Shown in pieces: positions 1 through 8,746 of a stretch of 64,000 bases of DNA. The first letter of the stretch is position 1. Each line of letters starts with the position of its first letter. Source of the stretch: an uncultured archaeon (GTDB lineage: Archaea > Asgardarchaeota > Lokiarchaeia > Sigyniarchaeales > SOKP01). A program made the translations under genes and the position numbers. A model generated the notes under the pieces. It worked only from the letters and a program-made list of their open reading frames with translations, made no database searches and was not told where the DNA came from. The stretch lies in the NCBI GenBank assembly GCA_964632315.1, contig CAZWEM010000007.1:59971-123970 (forward strand), in the 5' to 3' direction.

Positions 1-209
1 ATTTTTTCATATCTCTTTTCAGATTGAAACGTTTATATTAAAAAATTATCCGTAAAAAGGTCGGTAAAACGAATAAAATGCATCTAATTATTTGATTCCC
101 GAATATGATTCGATATATTTAAATAAAATAAATCCATATTCTATTATGTAAATCATTGTAAAATAAAGTTCATAGTTTAATTAAAAATAATCGAATTTTA
201 TTCGAATAG

Positions 210-440
210 GTGAAAATTTTGGTTAAATGTCCAAAGTGTGGAATGGAGTATAGTTTGGGTACAAGAATATATCATTCTTGTGAAGATTATGAAATCTGTC
301 ATGGGGTAGTATTTGGGGATGATAGGGTTTGCAGACCTTGGAATTGCAACCCAATTGAAGATTATAACCCCCCCGAAATTAATTTAGAAGCGGATTCTAC
401 CTATCGAGATGAAAATATGGTTTTAAGCATCAAACAATAA
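210..440 (+). CDS. Small putative Zn-binding protein
   Basis: 76 aa; CPKC near the N-terminus followed by HxC and further Cys residues. Confidence 0.5.
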   Translation: MKILVKCPKCGMEYSLGTRIYHSCEDYEICHGVVFGDDRVCRPWNCNPIEDYNPPEINLEADSTYRDENMVLSIKQ

Positions 441-466
441 TCACATTTCCCTCTTTTTTATAAATC

Positions 467-892
467 TTAGATATTCGAAAGTTTTACAGTTATGAAAAAG
501 AAGTTTACGATGGAACTCATTATATCATAAAATTCTTTTATCTCCAAAGGTTTATTTATATAGCAGTTAGCATGTAAGTCATAAGCTTTAATTAAATCTT
601 CCTCATTAGTTGAAATCGTTAATATTATTACTGGAATTCGTCTAAATTTTTCATGTTCTTTTATTTCCTTTAAAACTTCAAGCCCTGTCATTTTAGGTAA
701 ATTAAGGTCTAAAAAGATGAGATCAGGACGAGATTTTTTTTCTAGGAAGTTTAATGCCTCAACTCCATTGTGAACTACGTGAATTTCGTTGACAATCTCA
801 TTTCTATTTAGTGCTTCTTTTGTAAGACTAATGTCAGCCGGATTATCTTCCACTAACAATATTCTGAACTTCTTATTCTGTTGATCATTCAT
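467..892 (-). CDS. Stand-alone response regulator receiver (Rcp1-like)
   Basis: LLVEDN, phospho-acceptor LDLNLPK, IILT, and ANCYINKP motifs; overlaps the kinase stop codon. Confidence 0.92.
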   Translation of the reverse strand: MNDQQNKKFRILLVEDNPADISLTKEALNRNEIVNEIHVVHNGVEALNFLEKKSRPDLIFLDLNLPKMTGLEVLKEIKEHEKFRRIPVIILTISTNEEDLIKAYDLHANCYINKPLEIKEFYDIMSSIVNFFFITVKLSNI

Positions 893-1974
893 GGATTACG
901 CTCTCCTCGCTGAGGATTCTTAATTTTCTTAGTTTTAATTGTAAAATAAAAGGTAGAACCTTTTCCAAGTTCTGATTCCACCCATACTTCCCCACCATAT
1001 CTCTGAACGATTTTTTTACATATTGGTAGTCCTATCCCTGTTCCGGGATATTCTTCTTTTGTATGTAGTCGATAAAATATATTATATAGTCGATCGTGAT
1101 ATTTCGGATCTATTCCAATACCATTATCCTTAATTGAAAAAATCCAGTAATTGCTTAATCTTTTCACTCCTATGTGGATTTTTGGAGGGTCTACATTACG
1201 AAATTTAATCGCATTACTTAGAAAGTTTTGAAATAATTGTAAGAATTGTATACGATCGACTTTTAAAGTAGGTAGTGGATCATGAGTAATAACTGCTCCA
1301 CTTTCTTTTATTGCTTCTTGTAAATTAAAAATAACATCATTTAAAATGGGTTCAAGGTCATGCCATTCTATTGGATTTGCTTGGGTTGTGATTCTAGAAT
1401 AGCTTAATAAATCTTTTATGAGAACGTTCATCTTTTTCGCTCCATCTGTAATAAAGTATATATATTCTTTACCATCCTCATCTAATTTATCATGATACTT
1501 TTCCTCGAGAAGTTGAGAAAAACTAATGATCGCTCTTAGAGGTTCCTGTAGATCATGAGATGCCACATAAGCGAATTGTTGAAGATCTTCATTTGATCGC
1601 TTTAAATCTTTAATAATCTCATTTAATTCTAATTCTTTCTTTAAAATTTTCTCAGATAAAAATGCGATTACTACACCAACTATTAGGACTGAAATCTTGA
1701 TTGAAAAGCCGTTTATCGCATCTTCACCAAAAAAAGACACACCTTGAGAAATTTGGACAATCAACAAAAATAATATTAAAAAAATAGGAATAGTAAGCCC
1801 TTTTCTCTTCCACCACAAAGTAGCTAAAATGGTAGGAAAATAGAAAAAATTAACAATATAAAAATTGATTTTAAGTATTACTTCAAAGTAGATAACTAAT
1901 AAGCAAGAGATTACTATTAAAGCTATTATTATCCCAAATTTTATGCATTCCTTTCGATCATTTAAGCTTATCAT
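889..1974 (-). CDS. Membrane sensor histidine kinase (Cph1-like HisKA + HATPase)
   Basis: About 4 N-terminal hydrophobic helices; H-box ASHDLQEPLR; N-box NAIKF; DNGIG; GTGIGL; GSTFYF. Confidence 0.93.
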   Translation of the reverse strand: MISLNDRKECIKFGIIIALIVISCLLVIYFEVILKINFYIVNFFYFPTILATLWWKRKGLTIPIFLILFLLIVQISQGVSFFGEDAINGFSIKISVLIVGVVIAFLSEKILKKELELNEIIKDLKRSNEDLQQFAYVASHDLQEPLRAIISFSQLLEEKYHDKLDEDGKEYIYFITDGAKKMNVLIKDLLSYSRITTQANPIEWHDLEPILNDVIFNLQEAIKESGAVITHDPLPTLKVDRIQFLQLFQNFLSNAIKFRNVDPPKIHIGVKRLSNYWIFSIKDNGIGIDPKYHDRLYNIFYRLHTKEEYPGTGIGLPICKKIVQRYGGEVWVESELGKGSTFYFTIKTKKIKNPQRGERNP

Positions 1975-2278
1975 TTATAATCAAGCAAGCTACACGTTCT
2001 AAAGCTCCCTATATATGAAAATGAATTTATCTATTTAAATATCGTAGTGATAAATCGTATAATTACAAATTTGATTCATTTTTTTTTTAATTTTCCGAAT
2101 GAAAAATAGGTGAATAACATATTTCATTGATTAACTTCCATCTTACCAATCAAATCATTGTTGAAAGAATTTCGAAAAAACTGATTGAATTGATCTCTTG
2201 ATGGACTAATTATATATAAAAATGAATATTATTCAGAATTACTATTATTAATATAAATAAAGGGAGAAGACTCTTACA

Positions 2279-3151
2279 ATGAAAATATTATTAATTGAAG
2301 ATAATGCAGCTGATATTAAACTTATAGAAGAGTTTTTAAAAAAATCCTCCACTTTTCAATACGAACTTCATTCATTTACGCGTCTTTCAGAAGGATTAGA
2401 TTATGTTAATAATAATGAAGTGGATGTTATCTTACTAGATCTGACCCTACCAGATAGTGATAAAGAATCCTCTCTTGATACGATCCTAGAATACACATCT
2501 AAATATCCTGTTATTATTTTAACTGGATTTGATGATAAAGAAATTGCCTTAAATTCTCTTAAAAAAGGAATTCAAGACTATTTAGTAAAGGGAGATTTAA
2601 CTGATACCATCTTAAATCGTTCGATTTTATATGGAATCGAACGCCACAAAATCAAGCCTGAAGGTGCAATCAAAAAAGAAATCGAATTACCTTTAGATAA
2701 AAAGGATAAATTAATTCTAAACATTTTACAAGATAATTACAAAATATCTTATAAAGAAATAAGTAGTAAAGTGCATCTAGCAGCGAGCACAATCCATAAT
2801 CGCGTACAAAATATGATTACTACGGGGATTATTAAAGAAATCGATACAATTGTGGATCCATATAAAGTCGGTTTTAATACCATTACCATTGTGAGTTTAT
2901 CTGTAGATCCCTTAAAAATAGATGAGATTGCCCAAAAACTAAAAATATATGATAACATTCAACTCATTGCCTCTAGTGGAGGAGAATATAACTTAATAAT
3001 AAAAATTATAGTGGAAAATGAGAAAACCCTCTGGAAATTTATTAATGAAAAAATTAAAACAATTTCGGGAATATCAACCCAAATAAATGTTTCAAGCTTA
3101 ATTGAAATTTTTAAAAACACATCAAGAGTAAAATTTAAAGTAGAAAAATAA
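2279..3151 (+). CDS. Response regulator receiver fused to an Lrp/AsnC transcription regulator
   Basis: N-terminal REC (LLIEDN, LLDLTLPD, QDYLVK); C-terminal LDKKDKLILNILQ...ISYKEIS...STIHNRV HTH plus a RAM-like domain. Confidence 0.88.
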   Translation: MKILLIEDNAADIKLIEEFLKKSSTFQYELHSFTRLSEGLDYVNNNEVDVILLDLTLPDSDKESSLDTILEYTSKYPVIILTGFDDKEIALNSLKKGIQDYLVKGDLTDTILNRSILYGIERHKIKPEGAIKKEIELPLDKKDKLILNILQDNYKISYKEISSKVHLAASTIHNRVQNMITTGIIKEIDTIVDPYKVGFNTITIVSLSVDPLKIDEIAQKLKIYDNIQLIASSGGEYNLIIKIIVENEKTLWKFINEKIKTISGISTQINVSSLIEIFKNTSRVKFKVEK

Positions 3152-3156
3152 AAGAT

Positions 3157-4488
3157 TTAAGGAAAAATTCCTCTTAATTCAATAGCTCTTGCTAATCTTG
3201 AAACGGCTATTATATATGCAGCAGTTCTTAAAGTTGTATTTTTCTTCAAAGAGAGATCATAAACTTCCGAAAATGTGTTAACCATAATACCTTCTAATTC
3301 TTGGTTTATTCGATCAAGTTTCCAAAAGTAGCTATGAATATCTTGGATATACTCAAAATAACTTACGCAAACTCCCCCAGCATTTGCTAAAATATCAGGT
3401 ACAACAATTATCCCCCTCTCTCTTAATATTTCATCAGCTTCTGGTGTCGTTGGACCGTTTGCTCCTTCTAAAATTATTCCACAATTAATATTGTCAGCGT
3501 TATCGAGGGTTATCTGATTTTCTATTGCAGCTGGGATTAAGACATCACAATCAATATTTAGTAATTTGTCGTTAGGAATAAATTCGTAGTTTTCTTCCCT
3601 ATAGTCTTTTAAAAAGTGATTTTGATCGACCCATTCTGATAATTTTTTGATATCTAAGCCTTTATTATCATATAATCCCCCACTAATATCTGAAATCGCA
3701 ATAATCTTTGCTCCTTTTTCATATAGTATCCTAGCTATTGTTCCTCCAACGTTTCCAAAACCTTGGACTACGATGCTACTACCTTTGAGAGCTAAATTCA
3801 TTTTTTTATATAATGCATCTAATACATAATATAATCCCATTCCCGTTGCACTTTCTCTTCCCACTGATCCTCCTATTTCTATAGGTTTTCCGGTAACCAC
3901 TCCTGGAACAGAACGCCCTTTCTGCATTGAATACACATCCATAATCCATGCCATTATCCTTTTATCAGTTCCCACATCTGGAGCAGGAATATCAATATCA
4001 GGACCAATAATATTAATGATTTCAGCTGTGTATCTTCTTGTCAGTCTTTCAAGCTCTCCTAATGAAAGTTTTCTTGGATCAACACATACTCCTCCTTTAG
4101 CACCCCCTAAAGGGAGGTTTAATAAGCTGTTTTTCCAAGTCATCCATGTTGCAAGTGCCTTTACTTCATCTAAACACACGTTGGGAGAAAACCGAATGCC
4201 TCCCTTTCCTGGACCCCTGACGGTAGAATGCTGGGCTCTATATCCCTCAAATACTTCAAGTTCTCCATTATCCATAACTACAGGAATTGAAACAATCAGA
4301 GAGCGCTCTACTCTTTTTAGATATTTGGTAATATTTTTGTCTAGTCTCATCTCTTTAGCGACAATGTCGATTTGTTGTTTCGCCATCTCAAAGGGATTTC
4401 GAATTACTTTCTGAGGCCTTTTATATTCTTCTGATGGTTCGATCTCATTTGATACTACTATTGCTTTTTTATAAATAATTCTCCCCAC
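3157..4488 (-). CDS. gdhA: Glutamate dehydrogenase (Glu/Leu/Phe/Val family)
   Basis: GPGKGGIRF, GGAKGG, DIPAPDV, VQGFGNVG, EGANGP and NAGGV motifs. Confidence 0.95.
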   Translation of the reverse strand: MGRIIYKKAIVVSNEIEPSEEYKRPQKVIRNPFEMAKQQIDIVAKEMRLDKNITKYLKRVERSLIVSIPVVMDNGELEVFEGYRAQHSTVRGPGKGGIRFSPNVCLDEVKALATWMTWKNSLLNLPLGGAKGGVCVDPRKLSLGELERLTRRYTAEIINIIGPDIDIPAPDVGTDKRIMAWIMDVYSMQKGRSVPGVVTGKPIEIGGSVGRESATGMGLYYVLDALYKKMNLALKGSSIVVQGFGNVGGTIARILYEKGAKIIAISDISGGLYDNKGLDIKKLSEWVDQNHFLKDYREENYEFIPNDKLLNIDCDVLIPAAIENQITLDNADNINCGIILEGANGPTTPEADEILRERGIIVVPDILANAGGVCVSYFEYIQDIHSYFWKLDRINQELEGIMVNTFSEVYDLSLKKNTTLRTAAYIIAVSRLARAIELRGIFP

Positions 4489-4722
4489 TTGTTTATTATA
4501 AACGAATAAAGTTCATTCTTAATTTTTTTTGTAAGATTGGTAAAAACGATTAAATACATGTTAATTATGGGGTTTATTGGTTATAAATCTATCGAACAAG
4601 ATACGGGAAATCTATGGGATCTCGAATGATGTTCGATTTATCTCGAAAAGGAATACAAAACTTTAAATAATGGTGAGTCATTACATTTAATTAAATCTAA
4701 TTATTTGTAATTATATCCTAAA

Positions 4723-4878
4723 ATGACTACTGAATGCAACATTGGAAAAGAAGCAAAAGAAATTGATCGCCTCCCCATTAAAGAAAAGATGAAAATATCA
4801 AAGAACACGTTACATAAATTTCTTGGGGCAATTGGGATATACTTTTTAGTAATGACATTATTTTTTTTTACATTATAG
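4723..4878 (+). CDS. 51-aa ORF with one TM helix, in frame with downstream tauE and separated from it by a single TAG
   Basis: Own translation MTTECNIG...FLGAIGIYFLVMTLFFFTL*, followed by GGT AAA TCA CCT ATG(4891) in the same frame. Confidence 0.5.
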   Translation: MTTECNIGKEAKEIDRLPIKEKMKISKNTLHKFLGAIGIYFLVMTLFFFTL

Positions 4879-4890
4879 GGTAAATCACCT

Positions 4891-5679
4891 ATGGAATTAT
4901 TGATTCATATAATTCTCATTGCATTTATATTTGAGTCTATGGACTCAATGGCCGGAATGGGTTTTGGAACCGCCTTGACTCCTTTGTTATTAGCTCTTGG
5001 TTATGTCCCGCTTCAGATTGTTCCCACGATCTTAATATCAGAAGCTATAACTGGATTAATTGATAGTTTTTTTGATCATGAATTTGGGAACGTACGCTAT
5101 TCATTCATCCCTCTCAATCAAGCAACGAAAGTGTCATTGATAATGGCATTTTTTGGTTGTTGTGCAATTTTTACATCAATTTTTATTGGTTATTTTGCTA
5201 TCAAATTTCCCCTAAATATTATTAAAATCTATGTAGCAGTTTTGGTTGTTTTTATGGGTTTGTCTGGTTTCATCAAGTTAAAATTAAGTAAGATAGAGAA
5301 TATTGGGTATAAACCAAAACTAATTTATGGATTTTCTGCTTTAGCTGGTTTTAATAAGGGGATTGGAGGAGGAGGGTATGGACCAGTATTAACAATGGGA
5401 CAGATTTTTTCAGGTATATATGAAAAAAGCGCTACTGCTTTAGTTTCTTTTTCGGAATCTATTGTTTCAATAGTTGGGATTTTTACATTCTTTGGGATAA
5501 GTTACGCTGGAATAAATATCGATCTGGTATTGTTACCTTCACTCTTTACGGGAGGATTTTTTGCTGCACTGATTTCACCTTATCTAGTAAGAATCCTTCC
5601 GAATAAATTATGGAAATATCTAATACCTATCTACGCTTTTGGAATAGGTTTATACACATTATTCGAAATTTTTATGTAA
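4891..5679 (+). CDS. Sulfite exporter TauE/SafE family membrane protein
   Basis: DSMAGMGFGT and GIGGGGYGP motifs; multiple TM helices. Confidence 0.85.
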   Translation: MELLIHIILIAFIFESMDSMAGMGFGTALTPLLLALGYVPLQIVPTILISEAITGLIDSFFDHEFGNVRYSFIPLNQATKVSLIMAFFGCCAIFTSIFIGYFAIKFPLNIIKIYVAVLVVFMGLSGFIKLKLSKIENIGYKPKLIYGFSALAGFNKGIGGGGYGPVLTMGQIFSGIYEKSATALVSFSESIVSIVGIFTFFGISYAGINIDLVLLPSLFTGGFFAALISPYLVRILPNKLWKYLIPIYAFGIGLYTLFEIFM

Positions 5680-5681
5680 TC

Positions 5682-6629
5682 TTATTTCAAAATTGCTAAT
5701 TGCTCTAAAGAAATTTGCTTTGAAAAAATAATATCTTCTTTTAAGATCTCTTTAATTGTAATTAAAATAGTAGTATCAATTATACAATAGGGAAAAGTAA
5801 AAACTATTTCTTCTTCAAATAGCCATTGTTCGACATCAATATTCATTACTTCTTTTTCAAACAAATCGTAAATATGAGAGATTCGAATATTTAGGGCTTC
5901 AAATATCTTCTCTGTTATATTTTTAATTATGATTTCAATTTCTTCACATAAGTTGTTAACTTTTATAGTCTTTACTTCAAAGATATTCTTATCTTCGCTT
6001 AATTTAGAAATTGATTCAAAGATATTAATATTCGAAAAATTTTCCTGAGATATTTGTTCTAGATGAGAAACATTCATTCCCATCGATTCTAAAAAAGTTA
6101 TGGCTTTTTGTAATTTAGTACATTTTGCGTCAGGGAAACCTGTAATAGAGTTTAAAAAAATTGAACATACAAAATTGATAAGTTCTAATACTCGTTTTTT
6201 GAGGATTTCTCCTTTAAGAATTATTTGTTGCTTTTTCACATTTTGTACTATATCATATTTATTTATTTCAGATTCCACAATCGTATAAAGTGAATATTTA
6301 TATCGTTTTATAATGTAATTCTCTAATAAACTTAACAAGTTCTCTCCAATTATATGTAATTCTACAGGTAATATTAGACAAATCGCACAACATTCAAACT
6401 GATTTGAGCTTTCTGAAAACAATTCTAATTTTTTAGCGAAGTATACTTTTTTTCCCAATTCTAAAACTAAGGTGCTGTTTTTTTCTTGTTCATCAAAATA
6501 AAGTGCAAGAGTTCCTAACATTCGTGTTCTTTCGTGATCTAATTTAATAGAATCATAAGGGTATATTACAAAAGGCACGTAACCAAATAATCGGTCAAAA
6601 TATAATAATAATACTTCGAACCTACTCAT
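5682..6629 (-). CDS. Hypothetical protein with a longin/uDENN-like N-terminus and a beta-rich C-terminus
   Basis: N-terminal LLYFDRLFGYVPFVIYP pattern; start moved to ATG 6629 to avoid overlap with the hydrogenase gene; fold call is inference. Confidence 0.55.
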   Translation of the reverse strand: MSRFEVLLLYFDRLFGYVPFVIYPYDSIKLDHERTRMLGTLALYFDEQEKNSTLVLELGKKVYFAKKLELFSESSNQFECCAICLILPVELHIIGENLLSLLENYIIKRYKYSLYTIVESEINKYDIVQNVKKQQIILKGEILKKRVLELINFVCSIFLNSITGFPDAKCTKLQKAITFLESMGMNVSHLEQISQENFSNINIFESISKLSEDKNIFEVKTIKVNNLCEEIEIIIKNITEKIFEALNIRISHIYDLFEKEVMNIDVEQWLFEEEIVFTFPYCIIDTTILITIKEILKEDIIFSKQISLEQLAILK

Positions 6630-6678
6630 TTCCGTTATTTGAGTCTTTTCAAATATAAGAATCACCCTATAAATTATT

Positions 6679-7986
6679 TTAATGACTCGCACACGAGACA
6701 CATGGATCAAAAGATCTTATAATTTGTTGAACATCACATTTAACTCCATTAATATCGCCAGTTTTTTGATATAATCTTCGAGCATAATTCGTTATCATTG
6801 TATTTATGAGTGGAATGTTTATTTCTGTTGCTATGAGCAATTTTACTTCCTTTACTATCTTATTCTCATCAATCTTGTAGTGATGGATCAATGTGCCACG
6901 AGGAGCCTCTAAAATTCCAACACCATCTTTTCTTTCAATTTTTTTTAAATTTGAGAGATTCCTTTTTCCCTTTAGTGCAGGATTATCTAAAATTGCTAAA
7001 GCTTGGTTTGCTTCTACAAAAATTTCAATTAATCTGAGAAAGTTCATAAACAAGGTCGATCTTTTCCAGGATTTATCGAAATTTGTGAAATATTTATCAA
7101 CATCCTCAACGTTATAACTTTCAATCAGATTATAACGTGCAAGAGGACCAACTAAAATGCTTGAATCTTTTTCTAAATTAAAATTGATCCCTCGTAGATC
7201 AGGATCTTTATCAAAATATCTTTCATAATTATTAAATTGAAAGTCTACGGGTTTAGATTGATCGGTGAGTAATCTCAATATACCATTGTATCTTCCGTAA
7301 TTGCCATGAAAATGTTGACTGAGAAATGTTGTATTTGGTAAGGTGAATTGTTCTGGAGGCTCAAAATTTGAAAATAGGTTTATAAATTTATCTAACACAT
7401 AATCTATACTTACAATAACTTTTTGGAAGTAGCGTTTTACGGTTGTAAAATCTTTTTTTATTGGAGTATAAATTACTCCTCCTGGAATTGTATTAATTAA
7501 ATGTACCGAACGACCACCAAATATCTTGTCAATTTCGTTCCCAAATTTGACTAGCTCATACATGTATGAGGTTAATTGAGGATCAAAATGGGTTAATTCA
7601 TATGGATTAGGAACATTTTTAAAATGTCCAAAAATATGTAAAAGATCTGGTAATGCTTGAAAGAAATAATGCATTGAATGAGATTTGATTAGTTCGCCTG
7701 TCAATAATAATTTTCTTAGAAGTATCATTTGTTCATCTGGTTCAACATTAAATATGTGTTCAATTGCCTTGCAACTTACGATACTTTGAGAAGCATGGCA
7801 TAGCCCACATATCCTACTTACAATTCGGGGAAGTTCTATTAATCTCTTTCCAATAAGAATTTGTTCAAATCCTCTTAAAGTATTAATTTCGAAATCTACC
7901 GTGGAAATATTATCATCTTGAAGAATTATTTTTACATTTCCATGGCCTTCTATTCTAGTACATAGATCTACGATCTTTAACATCAT
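6679..7986 (-). CDS. [NiFe]-hydrogenase large subunit (group 3, MvhA-like), no C-terminal extension
   Basis: TRIEGHG; L1 RICGLC; EAPRG; L2 DPCVSCASH immediately followed by TAA. Confidence 0.9.
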   Translation of the reverse strand: MMLKIVDLCTRIEGHGNVKIILQDDNISTVDFEINTLRGFEQILIGKRLIELPRIVSRICGLCHASQSIVSCKAIEHIFNVEPDEQMILLRKLLLTGELIKSHSMHYFFQALPDLLHIFGHFKNVPNPYELTHFDPQLTSYMYELVKFGNEIDKIFGGRSVHLINTIPGGVIYTPIKKDFTTVKRYFQKVIVSIDYVLDKFINLFSNFEPPEQFTLPNTTFLSQHFHGNYGRYNGILRLLTDQSKPVDFQFNNYERYFDKDPDLRGINFNLEKDSSILVGPLARYNLIESYNVEDVDKYFTNFDKSWKRSTLFMNFLRLIEIFVEANQALAILDNPALKGKRNLSNLKKIERKDGVGILEAPRGTLIHHYKIDENKIVKEVKLLIATEINIPLINTMITNYARRLYQKTGDINGVKCDVQQIIRSFDPCVSCASH

Positions 7987-7987
7987 T

Positions 7988-8746
7988 TCACCTCTCTAAA
8001 ACTGGTCTTGAAAATCTGTAGAAAATTCCATCATATTTACGCAAAGTTGCAGATAGATTTATGAGGCTCAAAAAATTAATAACATTTGAAGTATAATCCT
8101 TAGAAATGGGCCCCATACATCCCTCACAAGGCATTCCTTGATTAATACATTTGTGCTCGCATCCTTCTCGTGTAATGGGACCTAAACATAAAATTCCCCT
8201 TTTTAAAAAGCAGATCCCATTTGTTTCAAAATCCGAAATCTCTTCAGGATTAGGTTCAAATCGAGAAATTTCAATTTCTGTGTTTAGAGTTATGTCCGCT
8301 TTTAATGGGCAATTTGCACATAAATTTTTGTTTGATAATTCGATTTCTTTATTTTCGATTATATGTAGTAAAATGTTACCTAACATTTTAGAAGGAGGAG
8401 GACAACCGGGAATAATTCCATCAATTTCTATGTATTTAGAAATAGGTTCTGCATTTTTAACTTTAGAAAGACTCAAGATACCACCAAAAGTAGCACAAGA
8501 TCCTAAAGAAAATACTTTTTTAGCATAATATCTTATAGTTTTAACCAGGTCAATTTGCTCTTTTTCAGAGATGCATCCTTCTATGAGAGCAATATCACAA
8601 TCCTTTATTTCTATTTCATCATTAATAAACGGAAAGATAACGTCTCGGGTTCTCTCGAGAAACTGGGGAAAGATATCTAATGCCATTAACGTTGATATAC
8701 ATCCACTACAAGATGTTAATGAATAAATGAGAATTTTAGGCTTCAA
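7988..8746 (-). CDS. [NiFe]-hydrogenase small subunit (MvhG-like)
   Basis: SCSGC, GSCA, PGCPP, CxxC, and CLGP...C...C...PCEGC motifs; probable TTG start at 8746 after a GAGGTG SD, overlapping the upstream stop. Confidence 0.88.
   Translation of the reverse strand: MKPKILIYSLTSCSGCISTLMALDIFPQFLERTRDVIFPFINDEIEIKDCDIALIEGCISEKEQIDLVKTIRYYAKKVFSLGSCATFGGILSLSKVKNAEPISKYIEIDGIIPGCPPPSKMLGNILLHIIENKEIELSNKNLCANCPLKADITLNTEIEISRFEPNPEEISDFETNGICFLKRGILCLGPITREGCEHKCINQGMPCEGCMGPISKDYTSNVINFLSLINLSATLRKYDGIFYRFSRPVLER

Noticed and set aside
6630-6710. Track start of the longin-like gene at 6710
   Set aside because: It overlaps the L2 motif of the hydrogenase gene; a later start is more plausible
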